A DNA stretch of 64,000 nucleotides from an uncultured virus (IMG/VR IMGVR_UViG_3300027659_000012) (IMGVR_UViG_3300027659_000012); one strand, 5' to 3'. Counted from the first letter of the stretch, positions 9,449-18,699 are shown. Notes: generated by a model from the sequence alone, not told the origin. Program-made: numbers and translations.

Positions 9449-9790
9449 TTATCGATGGGTCCAGACGCGAACATAAGAGTCAATAGTGACTGCATCGACC
9501 ATTGCAATACGCTGATAAGGACTTGCTCCCCAATTGCGGGTAAAGTTTTCGCGTTGCTTTTTAGCGGCATCACGATAAGATTGGGCATTTGCATTGTTCT
9601 TACCGAGGCGACCAAAGATGTCGACCTTGGCAATTTGCCGGGCATAAGAAGAATCCTTCAGAGCCTTGAGACGCTCCTCAGCATTAAAAATGCAAACTTC
9701 TTTACGAAGCTGAGCGATGCGAATTTGACCTTCGGCGTCATTGTTAACGGTGAAGCGATAGTTTTCCGAGCGATTAGGGTGTGTTGTCAT
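9449..9790 (-). CDS. Hypothetical early protein
   Basis: Follows the promoter at 9819-9846. Confidence 0.65.
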   Translation of the reverse strand: MTTHPNRSENYRFTVNNDAEGQIRIAQLRKEVCIFNAEERLKALKDSSYARQIAKVDIFGRLGKNNANAQSYRDAAKKQRENFTRNWGASPYQRIAMVDAVTIDSYVRVWTHR

Positions 9791-9879
9791 AATGTAGGGT
9801 GGTTTCAGTTACAAGGATATCCTACCATATTCAGGGCCCAAGTACATGCTTTTTTAGATAAAAGTGAAACTATTTTCGA

Positions 9880-11019
9880 TCAATCTTGACCTTTGCCCTC
9901 GCGCAGGCGAATCAGATACGGAAAGCGAGGAATGCCGGCCGGAGTGAGGTTGAAGTATTTGATCGTGGCGAATTGGCCGACCAGCGACTCGGCTCTAGGA
10001 AGCAATGCCTTAAGAAAGTCGTGGCTGCCTTTGATGTTCGAGCGAAAGGTGACTCCATCCTCGCGTTTCATGATGGCATATCCTGCCATTCTACTCTTGT
10101 TGCCATTGCCTTCTTCGATGGCGACAATCTCATACTCCTCATCCTGAAACTCCTTGCGCTTGAGCAGAGTGGCCGAGCGTTTGAATTCGTACGGCTTGTC
10201 GGTGCGAATCATTTGACCCTCAAATCCCTGAGCGAGATAGTTTTCATAGAGAGTATCCAGTTCCTGCTTGTCTTTGCATCGAGGGCTTCGAACGTATTTG
10301 ATGGGACTCTCGTGCAGTTGATAGTCATCGCAAAGATTGAAGATGATGCGATTGCGCTCAGAGAAGTTCTTCGTGGAATCGGCAATGTCATACCACCAAA
10401 ATTCGATGATCTCTGCACTTTCGATAATATCCTCGGCGGTAGGTTTTGTCTTCTTAATCAGCGACGAAATCTTGTTGAAGTCATCGTGCAATCCATGGCA
10501 ATAGAGTTCGCCATCAAGCACCAGATCCGGATGTTGCAAGAATAGTGGTTGAAGATTTTCCAGGATATGAGGAATCGTCATCCATGGTTTGCCGTTGCGA
10601 GTAAATGCACCATGTCGAGTGATGACTGCTCGCATGCCATCCAGCTTGGGCTGACTGTAAAGAGGGAAAGCAACTTTCTTCTCCACGTCTTCCCATTTCT
10701 TGGCCAACATCGGCTCAACAAAAAGCTGCGAATCGATCAGCGAGATGTCCTCGAAGCAGCCAGACTCCTTCTTCTTTTTCCAGATCGCCTTGGCCTCGAA
10801 GCGAGCCTGTTCGACCACGTCACGAGCATTTGCACGCCCGACGTTTGTTGCCTTGGTGGAAGTCCATTCGGTGATGACCGTCTTGCCGCTGACTTGGCCA
10901 TAAGCGGTGCGATAGAGACCCAGCGAAAGGTCGACCTCGATGCTCCAGCGATTTACTGCTCCGGTGGAGGTTCGGGAATAGAGAGTAGGCAGATATTCAA
11001 TATTGTTGGTGATGTTCAT
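9880..11019 (-). CDS. gp30: ATP-dependent DNA ligase
   Basis: PMLAK..QPKLDGMRA, LDGELY, FEGQMIR, LLKRK motifs and C-terminal PRFP. Confidence 0.93.
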   Translation of the reverse strand: MNITNNIEYLPTLYSRTSTGAVNRWSIEVDLSLGLYRTAYGQVSGKTVITEWTSTKATNVGRANARDVVEQARFEAKAIWKKKKESGCFEDISLIDSQLFVEPMLAKKWEDVEKKVAFPLYSQPKLDGMRAVITRHGAFTRNGKPWMTIPHILENLQPLFLQHPDLVLDGELYCHGLHDDFNKISSLIKKTKPTAEDIIESAEIIEFWWYDIADSTKNFSERNRIIFNLCDDYQLHESPIKYVRSPRCKDKQELDTLYENYLAQGFEGQMIRTDKPYEFKRSATLLKRKEFQDEEYEIVAIEEGNGNKSRMAGYAIMKREDGVTFRSNIKGSHDFLKALLPRAESLVGQFATIKYFNLTPAGIPRFPYLIRLREGKGQD

Positions 11020-11104
11020 GATGTAATAAGGGTAGCGTCAGCGACAGGTGTATTCTACCATAAATGGGAGATTTGTACACCTATTTTTAGATCAAATGTG
11101 ATTT

Positions 11105-11419
11105 TTAATTGGCGACGATAGTGCAAGCGGCGCCGACACTCTCGGCCACAGTAGTCGCTGGGGAGCCACCAGGGTGCACGGTAATGGTATCACCTATACG
11201 ATGAGCGGCCAATCCATTCACGAAAACATTTGCAGAGCCAGAGGCGGCTTCATCGCCGCAGATCGTCTTATCCGTGACTCGAATCAAATTGTGGCCTTCT
11301 AAGAAAACGTTCGGAGAACCGCCGGTGAATACTCGATTCGCAGGAGGTTCAATTTGACCGCCAGGATTGTGATCGTGCTCCGCAGATCTGTCTACTCCTG
11401 AACGAACGATTGCTGGCAT
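11105..11419 (-). CDS. PAAR-repeat spike tip protein (gp5.4-like)
   Basis: GSPNVF..IRVTD..CG..GSANVFVNG..AHRIGD. Confidence 0.85.
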   Translation of the reverse strand: MPAIVRSGVDRSAEHDHNPGGQIEPPANRVFTGGSPNVFLEGHNLIRVTDKTICGDEAASGSANVFVNGLAAHRIGDTITVHPGGSPATTVAESVGAACTIVAN

Positions 11420-11424
11420 GTTGC

Positions 11425-11688
11425 TTATTTATCGTAGATGCCTTTGATCATCTTCTCGAAAGAATTCACCTTATCGAGGCGATTGGGCCAATAGATGTAA
11501 TCCTTCTCGGGATTTTCCTTAAGGTTTTTCAGCAAAGGCAAGATCGCCTTATAGATCTTGTCAAGCTTTTGTTGAGTCGTTTTAGAATCCTCTGCCTGGG
11601 CAGTTAGGGTCTGTACCGTTTCTAGGTCTTCTTCGTGAACGGCAGTGAAACCGAAATCGAAGGAATCGTCAAGAATTGAAGATGGCAT
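11425..11688 (-). CDS. Conserved T4-like hypothetical protein
   Basis: FDFGFTAV..PLLKNLK.NPEKDYIYWPNR. Confidence 0.7.
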   Translation of the reverse strand: MPSSILDDSFDFGFTAVHEEDLETVQTLTAQAEDSKTTQQKLDKIYKAILPLLKNLKENPEKDYIYWPNRLDKVNSFEKMIKGIYDK

Positions 11689-11941
11689 CGTAGTATGATT
11701 CGTAGAGTTGATCGAGTGAGAGTAGTCCTCCTTTATTTACCAGGACTCGATCGTCATTGGCAAAGAAGAGGGTCGAAGGGATAAACGTCAGGCGATACTC
11801 GACGATACACTTCACATGTTTTTCTAGGTCAAGGTCAATTATTTCGAAGGAAACACCAGTGGCGGCGCAAAATGCTTCGACAGTCTTGTGATACGCCGAG
11901 CAATCTTTGCAGCGTGATAAAGAATAGATGCCAACGCGCAT
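11669..11941 (-). CDS. Thioredoxin / glutaredoxin-like protein
   Basis: CKDC motif and IPST cis-proline motif. Confidence 0.6.
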   Translation of the reverse strand: MRVGIYSLSRCKDCSAYHKTVEAFCAATGVSFEIIDLDLEKHVKCIVEYRLTFIPSTLFFANDDRVLVNKGGLLSLDQLYESYYDAIFNS

Positions 11942-11945
11942 ATCA

Positions 11946-12191
11946 TCACAGAGGAAAGTAACGAACTCCGCGCTTCCAATCGACTTCTTTCAGGCGATAA
12001 TGGTTGCGTTCCATCGATTTCTCCCCTGCATTCGAGGCAACGATCCAACCATCAGGTTGGCGAGTCATCTGCCATGCACGACCAAGTCCATAAGGACCAC
12101 GCTTACGATGAATTCCAAGGGCTTCGAATGGGCTTTTTGCTTCAACGATTGCTTCTGCGCCGTCTTTTTGTTGGATACGATATTGTGTCAT
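11946..12191 (-). CDS. Hypothetical early protein
   Basis: Follows the promoter at 12223-12250. Confidence 0.6.
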   Translation of the reverse strand: MTQYRIQQKDGAEAIVEAKSPFEALGIHRKRGPYGLGRAWQMTRQPDGWIVASNAGEKSMERNHYRLKEVDWKRGVRYFPL

Positions 12192-12372
12192 GATGTAGTA
12201 GGTTGCTTTCAGTTACGGGGTTATTCTACCATAACCAGGGTCAAAGTACACATCTTTTTATCAAGGATGTGATTATTTTTAATGCTATTGATCGTCAATC
12301 GATTGATCGACCTTAATGGTTATTCCCCTTCCCCAATCAAGGTCGATCGATGTGGGTTGTGGGATACAGATC

Positions 12373-12401
12373 ATTATACCAAACCTGCGGGGGATGTAAA
12401 C
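12373..12401 (-). promoter_or_regulatory. T4-early-consensus promoter GTTTAC-N17-TATAAT
   Basis: Exact consensus; the sequence downstream has no convincing ORF. Confidence 0.7.
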
Positions 12402-12413
12402 CAAAAAATGCGG

Positions 12414-13196
12414 TTACGCACAGCTTTTGACCAGCTTGGCCTCATCATCCCGGCGAGTCAATAGGCCATCAAGTCCTTTACCAACCCAGAGATGCTTCAT
12501 CGCGATGATTTGTTTGGCGATGTAATCATAGATGTCTTCTCGGTTATTGATGATCGCGTTCTTGATATTGAGCATTTCGACACGTGAGATGCCACTAACA
12601 CTGCCACCACGATTGAAGACCAGACTCACTAATGCACCAAAGGCATCAGGATGAAGTTTGTCCGATCCAGGAAATGCCTTGATCGTCTCCTTAATAAAGC
12701 GTGGTAATGTGTTGCTCTGAAATACTGTGAACGCCGAGTCCCAAGGGATCGAAATATCTTTGACGCCGCCAATAAGATCTTTGGCTCGCCGAGCAGCGGC
12801 TCCAAGGCAAGGTTGTAACCTAGCAAAATCTCCGGAAGAAAGTTGACCTTTCCAATCCAGAGTGAATTGTGCGCTCGTATTGTAGCCAAGATCATAGCCG
12901 ATGCCTATCGTGACTCCTGAGGCGCCGCCAGGATATGACGGATGCTTTAACGCGCGGTCGTAATAAGATTTACCGCCTCCGACCTCATAGTCAAGGATAA
13001 GTTTAAGTGCATTCGCGGATAGAGAAGTTTGTGAGCTTGATGCTGATGGTGTTACAACAGTCGGGATAGTCGGAGCGACCACACCTACTTTATCGGCAAT
13101 CGCTTGCCATGTTTGCTTTCCATCGATACCATCATCGGCTAATCCTAATGCTTTCTGCACGGATTTGACCAAACTCTCTCTATTCGCAAAGTTCAT
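12414..13196 (-). CDS. Endolysin (peptidoglycan-binding domain plus lysozyme-like domain)
   Basis: VQKALGLADDGIDGKQTW binding motif; YEVGGG..SGVTIGIGYDLG..LVSLVFNRG..GLLTRR catalytic domain. Confidence 0.85.
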   Translation of the reverse strand: MNFANRESLVKSVQKALGLADDGIDGKQTWQAIADKVGVVAPTIPTVVTPSASSSQTSLSANALKLILDYEVGGGKSYYDRALKHPSYPGGASGVTIGIGYDLGYNTSAQFTLDWKGQLSSGDFARLQPCLGAAARRAKDLIGGVKDISIPWDSAFTVFQSNTLPRFIKETIKAFPGSDKLHPDAFGALVSLVFNRGGSVSGISRVEMLNIKNAIINNREDIYDYIAKQIIAMKHLWVGKGLDGLLTRRDDEAKLVKSCA

Positions 13197-13199
13197 ATA

Positions 13200-13406
13200 T
13201 TATTTGCCGGTTTGCTTGGCCTTACCGATGTTGAGAGCCAACGTGTCGATGATGGAATATACCAATGCGAGTTTCGAACCTGCCTTAGGCGTAGGAGTAA
13301 CGGCAGCGATGGTCGAGGCGACGGTAACGGCAGCGGCGACGATGTTGAACCATGAATAAGATTCGATCAGGGTAACTAGCGTCGTGATGATTGTTGTGAT
13401 GTCCAT
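13200..13406 (-). CDS. Putative holin
   Basis: Small hydrophobic protein (ASTIAAVTPTP..LALNIGKAK) next to the endolysin. Confidence 0.6.
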   Translation of the reverse strand: MDITTIITTLVTLIESYSWFNIVAAAVTVASTIAAVTPTPKAGSKLALVYSIIDTLALNIGKAKQTGK

Positions 13407-13451
13407 ATTTTTGTTTTTTTAGTTTTTCACTGAAGCATGATGTATTGAATT

Positions 13452-13459
13452 TTATTTAT
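13452..13459 (-). promoter_or_regulatory. T4 late promoter TATAAATA
   Basis: Exact motif upstream of the holin and endolysin. Confidence 0.7.
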
Positions 13460-14097
13460 ACTCGGAACTTTCCGAAGGGTGACCAGACCGAGGCAACAGC
13501 CTTAAAAACAAAATATGCAAAGATGAGTGCTGCCATGGCAATGACCGCCTTTTTGTAAACTCCGGCATCCTCGAGTTTAAGACGTAGCGTGGTCTGTTGT
13601 TCCACGGAGTAGCCGAGTTTAGTCTTTAGATCTTCGATGACTTTATCTTTATTGCCGCTCACTTTCATCCATTGCTCCGATTCGACATCTTTCTGTCGAG
13701 AATACTCCAAGATTTGATCCAATACTGCCTCGGCATTGAACTGTTCGGCGATCAATGCCTGGTTTGCCAGATTAAGCAAGTTGATATGCGTATCGGCGCT
13801 ATTTAAGAAACGAATCAATCCCGCATGAAGTGAGACGCCATTGCTATCCACGTCGGTGTATGGCTTCATCATTACAGCATATTCTAAGGATTTCGTGATA
13901 TCTGCATCGACAGCTGTGATATCGATCTGTTGTGCCGCAGTCGCCTCTTTGATTTTTTCCTGAACGACGATTGCCTTTTGAACCGAGGGCACAACGCTCT
14001 GCGCAATTTCAGGATTCTTCATAACTGTAATCACTCGCTCAGGAGCACATGATTGAGACAATACCCCCACGACTAATAGCACTATGATTGTTTTCAT
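13456..14097 (-). CDS. Putative unimolecular spanin
   Basis: Lipoprotein-type signal ending SQSC, coiled-coil body, C-terminal TM helix; in the lysis cassette. Confidence 0.55.
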   Translation of the reverse strand: MKTIIVLLVVGVLSQSCAPERVITVMKNPEIAQSVVPSVQKAIVVQEKIKEATAAQQIDITAVDADITKSLEYAVMMKPYTDVDSNGVSLHAGLIRFLNSADTHINLLNLANQALIAEQFNAEAVLDQILEYSRQKDVESEQWMKVSGNKDKVIEDLKTKLGYSVEQQTTLRLKLEDAGVYKKAVIAMAALIFAYFVFKAVASVWSPFGKFRV

Positions 14098-14111
14098 AGA
14101 AATATATATGC

Positions 14112-14150
14112 AAAAAAATGCCGTACCCTCCAGAGAAGATACGGCATTTT
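14112..14150. terminator. Intrinsic terminator
   Basis: AAAAATGCCGTA...TACGGCATTTTT. Confidence 0.75.
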
Positions 14151-14166
14151 TGTAACCTTAACGATA

Positions 14167-14538
14167 TTATTTCTTAGACTTTTTCTTCTTCGTAGTAGTG
14201 ACGATTGGTTCCACCACAACTTCTTCGCGAAGCGTAACGATTTCTTCGGTCCTTGGATTAGGATTTGCCAGAGCTTCATCGCTGATGCGTTTGGCCACGA
14301 TGATATCCCTTTGTAAAGTTACCTTCAACGCGGAATATTTGGTCAAGACCGCCTCAAACCCATTTCGGGTGGACGACACGATGTTAAGATCATTGGCAAA
14401 TTCTTTATCTTCATTTAATGCATTGTATTTTTCAAAAACATCGCCGAAACCGGATCGGAATCTGCGAACGCTCGTGATGTCATCGATGAATGAATTTACT
14501 TTATCTAGCTTAGTCTGAAGGTCGTATAGGGTGGCCAT
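14167..14538 (-). CDS. Hypothetical late protein
   Basis: TATAAATA at 14546-14553 upstream. Confidence 0.65.
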   Translation of the reverse strand: MATLYDLQTKLDKVNSFIDDITSVRRFRSGFGDVFEKYNALNEDKEFANDLNIVSSTRNGFEAVLTKYSALKVTLQRDIIVAKRISDEALANPNPRTEEIVTLREEVVVEPIVTTTKKKKSKK

Positions 14539-14714
14539 AAGTTTTTATTTATACACCTCGGCTCTTGTTGAACTCCTTCAGCGGCATATCGACCTTGGTA
14601 TAGGTGCAATCCGGGCTTTTCTTGAGCTTATTTTTTATAAACTCCTGAATAGCTGTGGTATCATGTTTCATAAACACATTCCAAGACTTATCGGACCACT
14701 TTAGCACCTCGACT

Positions 14715-14951
14715 TTATCGATTTCCATAGCGGCTGATGAGTGGATGTTTCTCTGAATACTTCAGTGAATAATTCATTGGACGATGCCATCCACGAATCT
14801 GTTGCCCATCCACATTATGGAATGAACTGACATCGCCCTTGGTAGCTGCCTTGGTGGCGAGCATCGTAAGCTTTGCCTTGTTGACCGTATCATCATAAGC
14901 ATCTCCGAGTCTTAGGCGATATACCGATTTCCAGAATAGTTTGCTGATCAT
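14715..14951 (-). CDS. Hypothetical protein
   Basis: ORF in an early gene string. Confidence 0.5.
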   Translation of the reverse strand: MISKLFWKSVYRLRLGDAYDDTVNKAKLTMLATKAATKGDVSSFHNVDGQQIRGWHRPMNYSLKYSEKHPLISRYGNR

Positions 14952-15140
14952 GTCTTTGTTAGTTAGGGTCTACTCCGCCGGGTCCATTCAAAAGAAAGTC
15001 TTCCACTTCTTGCTCACAGATCACTCGATCCACTGCATTGCCCAGAATTTTGTATTTCTTGACAAGAAGGGCAAGTGTGTCTTCGATTTCTTCAATGAGT
15101 TCGTATTCACGTTCGCGATAGTATTCTTCGTTTTTCATAA

Positions 15141-15398
15141 TTAAAGCAGTTTGCGTTTACCGATCAGAGCATGGGCACTATCAGCTACTTGGGTATAGAG
15201 ATCCTCGAGGGCTTCGTCGAGCGAGTAGTAGTTGTTGAGATCTACTTCCCATTCGTTGCGAAAGAAACCGCTCTTGATGTCGGTGCCGGTGATAAGCTTG
15301 TCTCTAAACTTCATTACGGTAGTGGAGAGGTAATCGCCATTGCGTTGCTTTACCTCGATGCGGCCGATTCGTTGGTCTTTGATGTGTGTCAGTGTCAT
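15141..15398 (-). CDS. Hypothetical protein
   Basis: ORF in an early gene string. Confidence 0.55.
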   Translation of the reverse strand: MTLTHIKDQRIGRIEVKQRNGDYLSTTVMKFRDKLITGTDIKSGFFRNEWEVDLNNYYSLDEALEDLYTQVADSAHALIGKRKLL

Positions 15399-15418
15399 AA
15401 TAAAAATTGGTGAGAGGA

Positions 15419-15667
15419 TTAGCCTTCGCGGACGATGCGAACGGTGGTGAAGCGCTCATTTGGATTCATGACGTATGTGTCACCCTTATTGTCAACTACG
15501 TGCAGCGTCTTGATGTTGACCTTGGCAACGATGAAGAGGTTGGTGATCTTATCGAATTGTCCACGACCATCGAAGATCTCGGTGGTGACTTCAAGCTTAT
15601 CGTTGAACTTGTAGATTTGCTTGAGGGTTGGAAGAGCTGCGACCGGTGCTTTTTTGAGGAGTTTCAT
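15419..15667 (-). CDS. Hypothetical early protein
   Basis: Start MKLLKK after the promoter at 15702-15729. Confidence 0.6.
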   Translation of the reverse strand: MKLLKKAPVAALPTLKQIYKFNDKLEVTTEIFDGRGQFDKITNLFIVAKVNIKTLHVVDNKGDTYVMNPNERFTTVRIVREG

Positions 15668-15790
15668 AATGTAGTTTGTTGCCATTAGCAGCAACAAGGA
15701 TATCCTACCATATTAGGGGACATTGTACACATCTTTTTACATAAAAATGAAAAAGATTTTGCTGCTCTGGCAGCCAAAGGGTTGTCCAGA

Positions 15791-16306
15791 TTAAAAGCGT
15801 TCTTTGATTTGATCCAGAGACAAAAACATCGTCCCATACTTAGGATAGACCACATCCACACAGGCATTCACATATCGAGGATCCTCTTCTTGCCAAAAGA
15901 GACGCCGCTTTCGCATCACTGACTTATTATGCACATGCCCGTGAACGTTGACCTTGCGTGCCCTGAGCTCATCTGGATGAATCGGGCAATGAGTGAGCCA
16001 GGCACTCTTATAGCTGATTATGCCATGAATCTCCTCAAACACATTTGCCTGGGCCGAGGTGTTGGTGTAGTCGTCATGATTGCCCTTGACCAAGATCTTG
16101 CGACCTGGCAATGTAGCAACGATTTTCAGCGATTCGGCATCGAATGCCACATCCCCGAGCATATAGATCACGTCATTCTTACGAATGTTTCTTACCCAAT
16201 CCTGAACGAAAAGTTCGGTATTGTGCTGAGTATCCTTGACAAAGGTACGAAATTTGGCAATCGATTTGTGCCCGAGATGTGGGTCTGCTGTGAAAAATAC
16301 GCTCAT
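15791..16306 (-). CDS. Calcineurin-like metallophosphoesterase
   Basis: D.HLGH, LGDV, GNHD, H.P, HGHVH motifs; likely start MSVFF. Confidence 0.85.
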   Translation of the reverse strand: MSVFFTADPHLGHKSIAKFRTFVKDTQHNTELFVQDWVRNIRKNDVIYMLGDVAFDAESLKIVATLPGRKILVKGNHDDYTNTSAQANVFEEIHGIISYKSAWLTHCPIHPDELRARKVNVHGHVHNKSVMRKRRLFWQEEDPRYVNACVDVVYPKYGTMFLSLDQIKERF

Positions 16307-16525
16307 AATATATTTTAGAAATTGTGCCAATATGAAACTGAAAGCTCTTGGGGTGTTAAAAATTCATTATCTTGTGGAATGCCAATCTTCATATGACGAC
16401 TAATAGCCATAGTAAGAGGGTTGGGTACGCATGAGAGCGACATTGCTGATAGTACCAAAAGCCATAAAACAACGATAAGATTTTTAAATTTCATTTACAA
16501 CAAAGAATACGCTCATAATATATTT
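16296..16525. repeat. 20-bp direct repeat AATACGCTCATAATATATTT at 16296-16315 and 16506-16525
   Basis: Exact match read from the sequence. Confidence 0.9.
16315..16494 (-). CDS. Small putative lipoprotein (59 aa)
   Basis: MKFKNLIVVLWLLVLSAMSLSC... signal peptide with lipobox-like Cys; between the 20-bp repeats. Confidence 0.5.
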   Translation of the reverse strand: MKFKNLIVVLWLLVLSAMSLSCVPNPLTMAISRHMKIGIPQDNEFLTPQELSVSYWHNF

Positions 16526-16529
16526 GATT

Positions 16530-16620
16530 TGGCGGGCAGTGTAGGATTTGAACCCACGGAGAGCTCATCGCCCTCTTCCGTTTTCAAGACGGACGCCTTA
16601 GACCACTCAGCCAACTGCCC
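16530..16620 (-). tRNA. tRNA-Ser(UGA)
   Basis: Cloverleaf with long variable arm, loop CTTGAAA, GCCA end. Confidence 0.92.
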
Positions 16621-16627
16621 TTAAAAT

Positions 16628-16759
16628 TTATCTGCGACCTTGGCCGCGATTTGGTTTCTTGTAGTTCTTCGAACCCTTTAGTCTCGAGGTCTTGCTTTTT
16701 GCATGGACTCCTGGACGCTTTGTGCTCTTGACTTGATCTTTCTTGATTCCATTTTTCAT
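16628..16759 (-). CDS. Small basic T4-like protein
   Basis: Hand translation: MKNGIKKDQVKSTKRPGVHAKSKTSRLKGSKNYKKPNRGQGRR. Confidence 0.55.
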   Translation of the reverse strand: MKNGIKKDQVKSTKRPGVHAKSKTSRLKGSKNYKKPNRGQGRR

Positions 16760-16771
16760 ATGATGTATTTA

Positions 16772-17044
16772 TCAGCACTCCACTACCACGAAATAGCGAT
16801 CGTCGGCGATATGAATCACTGTCTCGTTGCTCGATTCGCCAAATTCACCCTTCTTGACCTCTTCACCCGAGAGTGTGTACAAGAAATGATTTGGCAAGGA
16901 GTATCGGAGAAATCCTCCTGCATCCAGTTCAAGCGATGATTCACCAAGGATTTTTTGCCAATCTTTGATATCGGCATCCATCGCCTCAAAGGCAAGTGAG
17001 AGTGCAGTCAAGAATTTATCCAGTTGTTGGTCGGTGTCGTTCAT
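16772..17044 (-). CDS. Hypothetical protein
   Basis: Tightly packed ORF. Confidence 0.55.
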   Translation of the reverse strand: MNDTDQQLDKFLTALSLAFEAMDADIKDWQKILGESSLELDAGGFLRYSLPNHFLYTLSGEEVKKGEFGESSNETVIHIADDRYFVVVEC

Positions 17045-17388
17045 AGTTTTAGGTCGGTGTATTGGTAGTTTTGTGTGATGTGATGTTCCAGTCGTTTGAG
17101 AGCTCCCTTGTTGAATCGATCAGCCGGACATTCCAGAGCAATATAGGAATCGATGTCAAAGCGAATCAGGCCATCAACATTCAAGATCATGAACATTGGC
17201 ATATACTTCTGGGCATTCATGGCTTTAACGATTCGATTCTTACTAGGAATCTCAAGGATGCCAAAGTAGACTTCCTTATGATCTTCATCCCAATGTACGG
17301 TAGCTTTCTTTTCGAGAAGAAAATCAAACTTATCGGCGAAGTCCTTCAATTGAGAAGTGAGCTGAGTGATGTATTGTTTCTTAGTCAT
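17041..17388 (-). CDS. Hypothetical protein
   Basis: Likely start MTKKQY. Confidence 0.55.
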   Translation of the reverse strand: MTKKQYITQLTSQLKDFADKFDFLLEKKATVHWDEDHKEVYFGILEIPSKNRIVKAMNAQKYMPMFMILNVDGLIRFDIDSYIALECPADRFNKGALKRLEHHITQNYQYTDLKL

Positions 17389-17392
17389 GGTA

Positions 17393-17614
17393 TTAAGAGT
17401 TGAGGGCAGAATGGGTATCATCAACAATGAACTCCGTGATTGAGTAGTCATCATACGCTTGAAGGTTGTAACGATTATTGATGCGATCGACAGCAATCTC
17501 GACCTTGCGCTCCTCAAGTGTGAACACTGCCTTGTCATAAGAGGAGAAAACACCAAGCACTTCACCACCTTCATAGTGAGTGATGCCAAAGAGAAGGAAC
17601 ATTGTAGATTTCAT
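17393..17614 (-). CDS. Hypothetical protein
   Basis: YEG.EVLGVFSS..KA motif common in small phage proteins. Confidence 0.55.
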   Translation of the reverse strand: MKSTMFLLFGITHYEGGEVLGVFSSYDKAVFTLEERKVEIAVDRINNRYNLQAYDDYSITEFIVDDTHSALNS

Positions 17615-18002
17615 AATATCGATGAGTTGTTTAGTTTAGCGAATGATTTGTTCTTCGAGTTGTTTGACGCGCTTGAGTAAGCGATCATAGTCGGCTTTCG
17701 CAACAAACAGTTTGTACATCGACGTACCAACAGAGGAGGTCGTAGGAATCCAAAATTTGTGAATAAGCGTTTTAGTCTTCATAATATAGAGAGGATTAGG
17801 ATTAGCCTTGGACGCGGCTAGCACCGACAACATGGGCACAAGCGAGGGTAACAGTCACACCGGACTTGACGGTGACATTCAGATAGAGGTTGACGGCCTT
17901 TTGGCGATCGCTGCCGCGATAGATTTCCATAGTGCCAGCGGTTACGATGAAGGGGAATTTTGCTTTTGTCATAATGTAGTGGGTAGTCTCAGTTACAAGG
18001 GT

Positions 18003-18030
18003 ATCCTACCATAAAGGGGGCCAAAGTACA
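18003..18030 (-). promoter_or_regulatory. Early-type promoter
   Basis: TGTACT-N16-TAGGAT. Confidence 0.7.
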
Positions 18031-18079
18031 CAACTTTTTACATCAAAAGCGAAAATACTTTGGCCCCGCTGATTATCAA

Positions 18080-18472
18080 TCACTTATGAACGATGACCTT
18101 CATGTAGGCAGGCAGCCTATTGGCGTAAACCTGAACTTCTCGATCATTCTTCACATAGACGTCGAACACGTATGCTCTGCCGCGAGCAGCCTTTTTGCTC
18201 GTCACTGCTGATCCTCGATCTTGTACAACGAATTCTCCGTTGCTATCGAGTTTGCCCTTCAACGCGGGTATTGTAACCTTCGTTCCAAATGGGAACTTTG
18301 GATGTGCCGCGAGTGTGACGCCTTTTACGGCACGTTTGGTTTTCGAGTCAGCGACCCTGCCTGAGCCATCACGATAATAGGTGATGCGTGCCCAGTACGT
18401 TTCTTCCTTTGCAGACCCTAGCGTTGTGCATATGCTTAAGGCCAACATTGTCAATAGGAATATGTTTTTCAT
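18080..18472 (-). CDS. Secreted 3D-domain (MltA/RlpA-like) cell-wall protein
   Basis: Signal peptide; ARITYY..LAAHPKFPFGTKV..VQDRGSAV..FDVYV. Confidence 0.75.
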   Translation of the reverse strand: MKNIFLLTMLALSICTTLGSAKEETYWARITYYRDGSGRVADSKTKRAVKGVTLAAHPKFPFGTKVTIPALKGKLDSNGEFVVQDRGSAVTSKKAARGRAYVFDVYVKNDREVQVYANRLPAYMKVIVHK

Positions 18473-18535
18473 ATTTTCTCGTTTCTTGTTGGTTTCAGTA
18501 TATTGCAGCATCCGTTTGATACCGCGATATGAGAA

Positions 18536-18615
18536 TGGTAGTCCCGGTGGGGGCTTGAACCCACGACCTCGCACTTATAAGGCACGCGCTCTGACCACGA
18601 CTGAGCTACGGGACA
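18536..18615 (-). tRNA. tRNA-Ile(UAU)
   Basis: Cloverleaf, anticodon loop CTTATAA, ACCA end. Confidence 0.85.
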
Positions 18616-18622
18616 ATTAAAA

Positions 18623-18697
18623 TGGAGCCTCCTATCCGATTCGAACGGATGACCTACAAATTACAAATTTGTTGCACTACCACTGTGCTAAGGAGGC
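18623..18697 (-). tRNA. tRNA-Thr(UGU)
   Basis: Cloverleaf, loop TTTGTAA, CCA. Confidence 0.92.
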
Positions 18698-18699
18698 GA

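Noticed and set aside
9886..11121. Long plus-strand ORFs opposite the ligase, and similar shadow ORFs across the window
   Set aside because: They are antisense frames of well-supported genes and have no recognisable motifs
18473..18574. N-terminal extension of the 3D-domain ORF given in the track
   Set aside because: It overlaps tRNA-Ile, and the signal peptide begins at the Met at 18472
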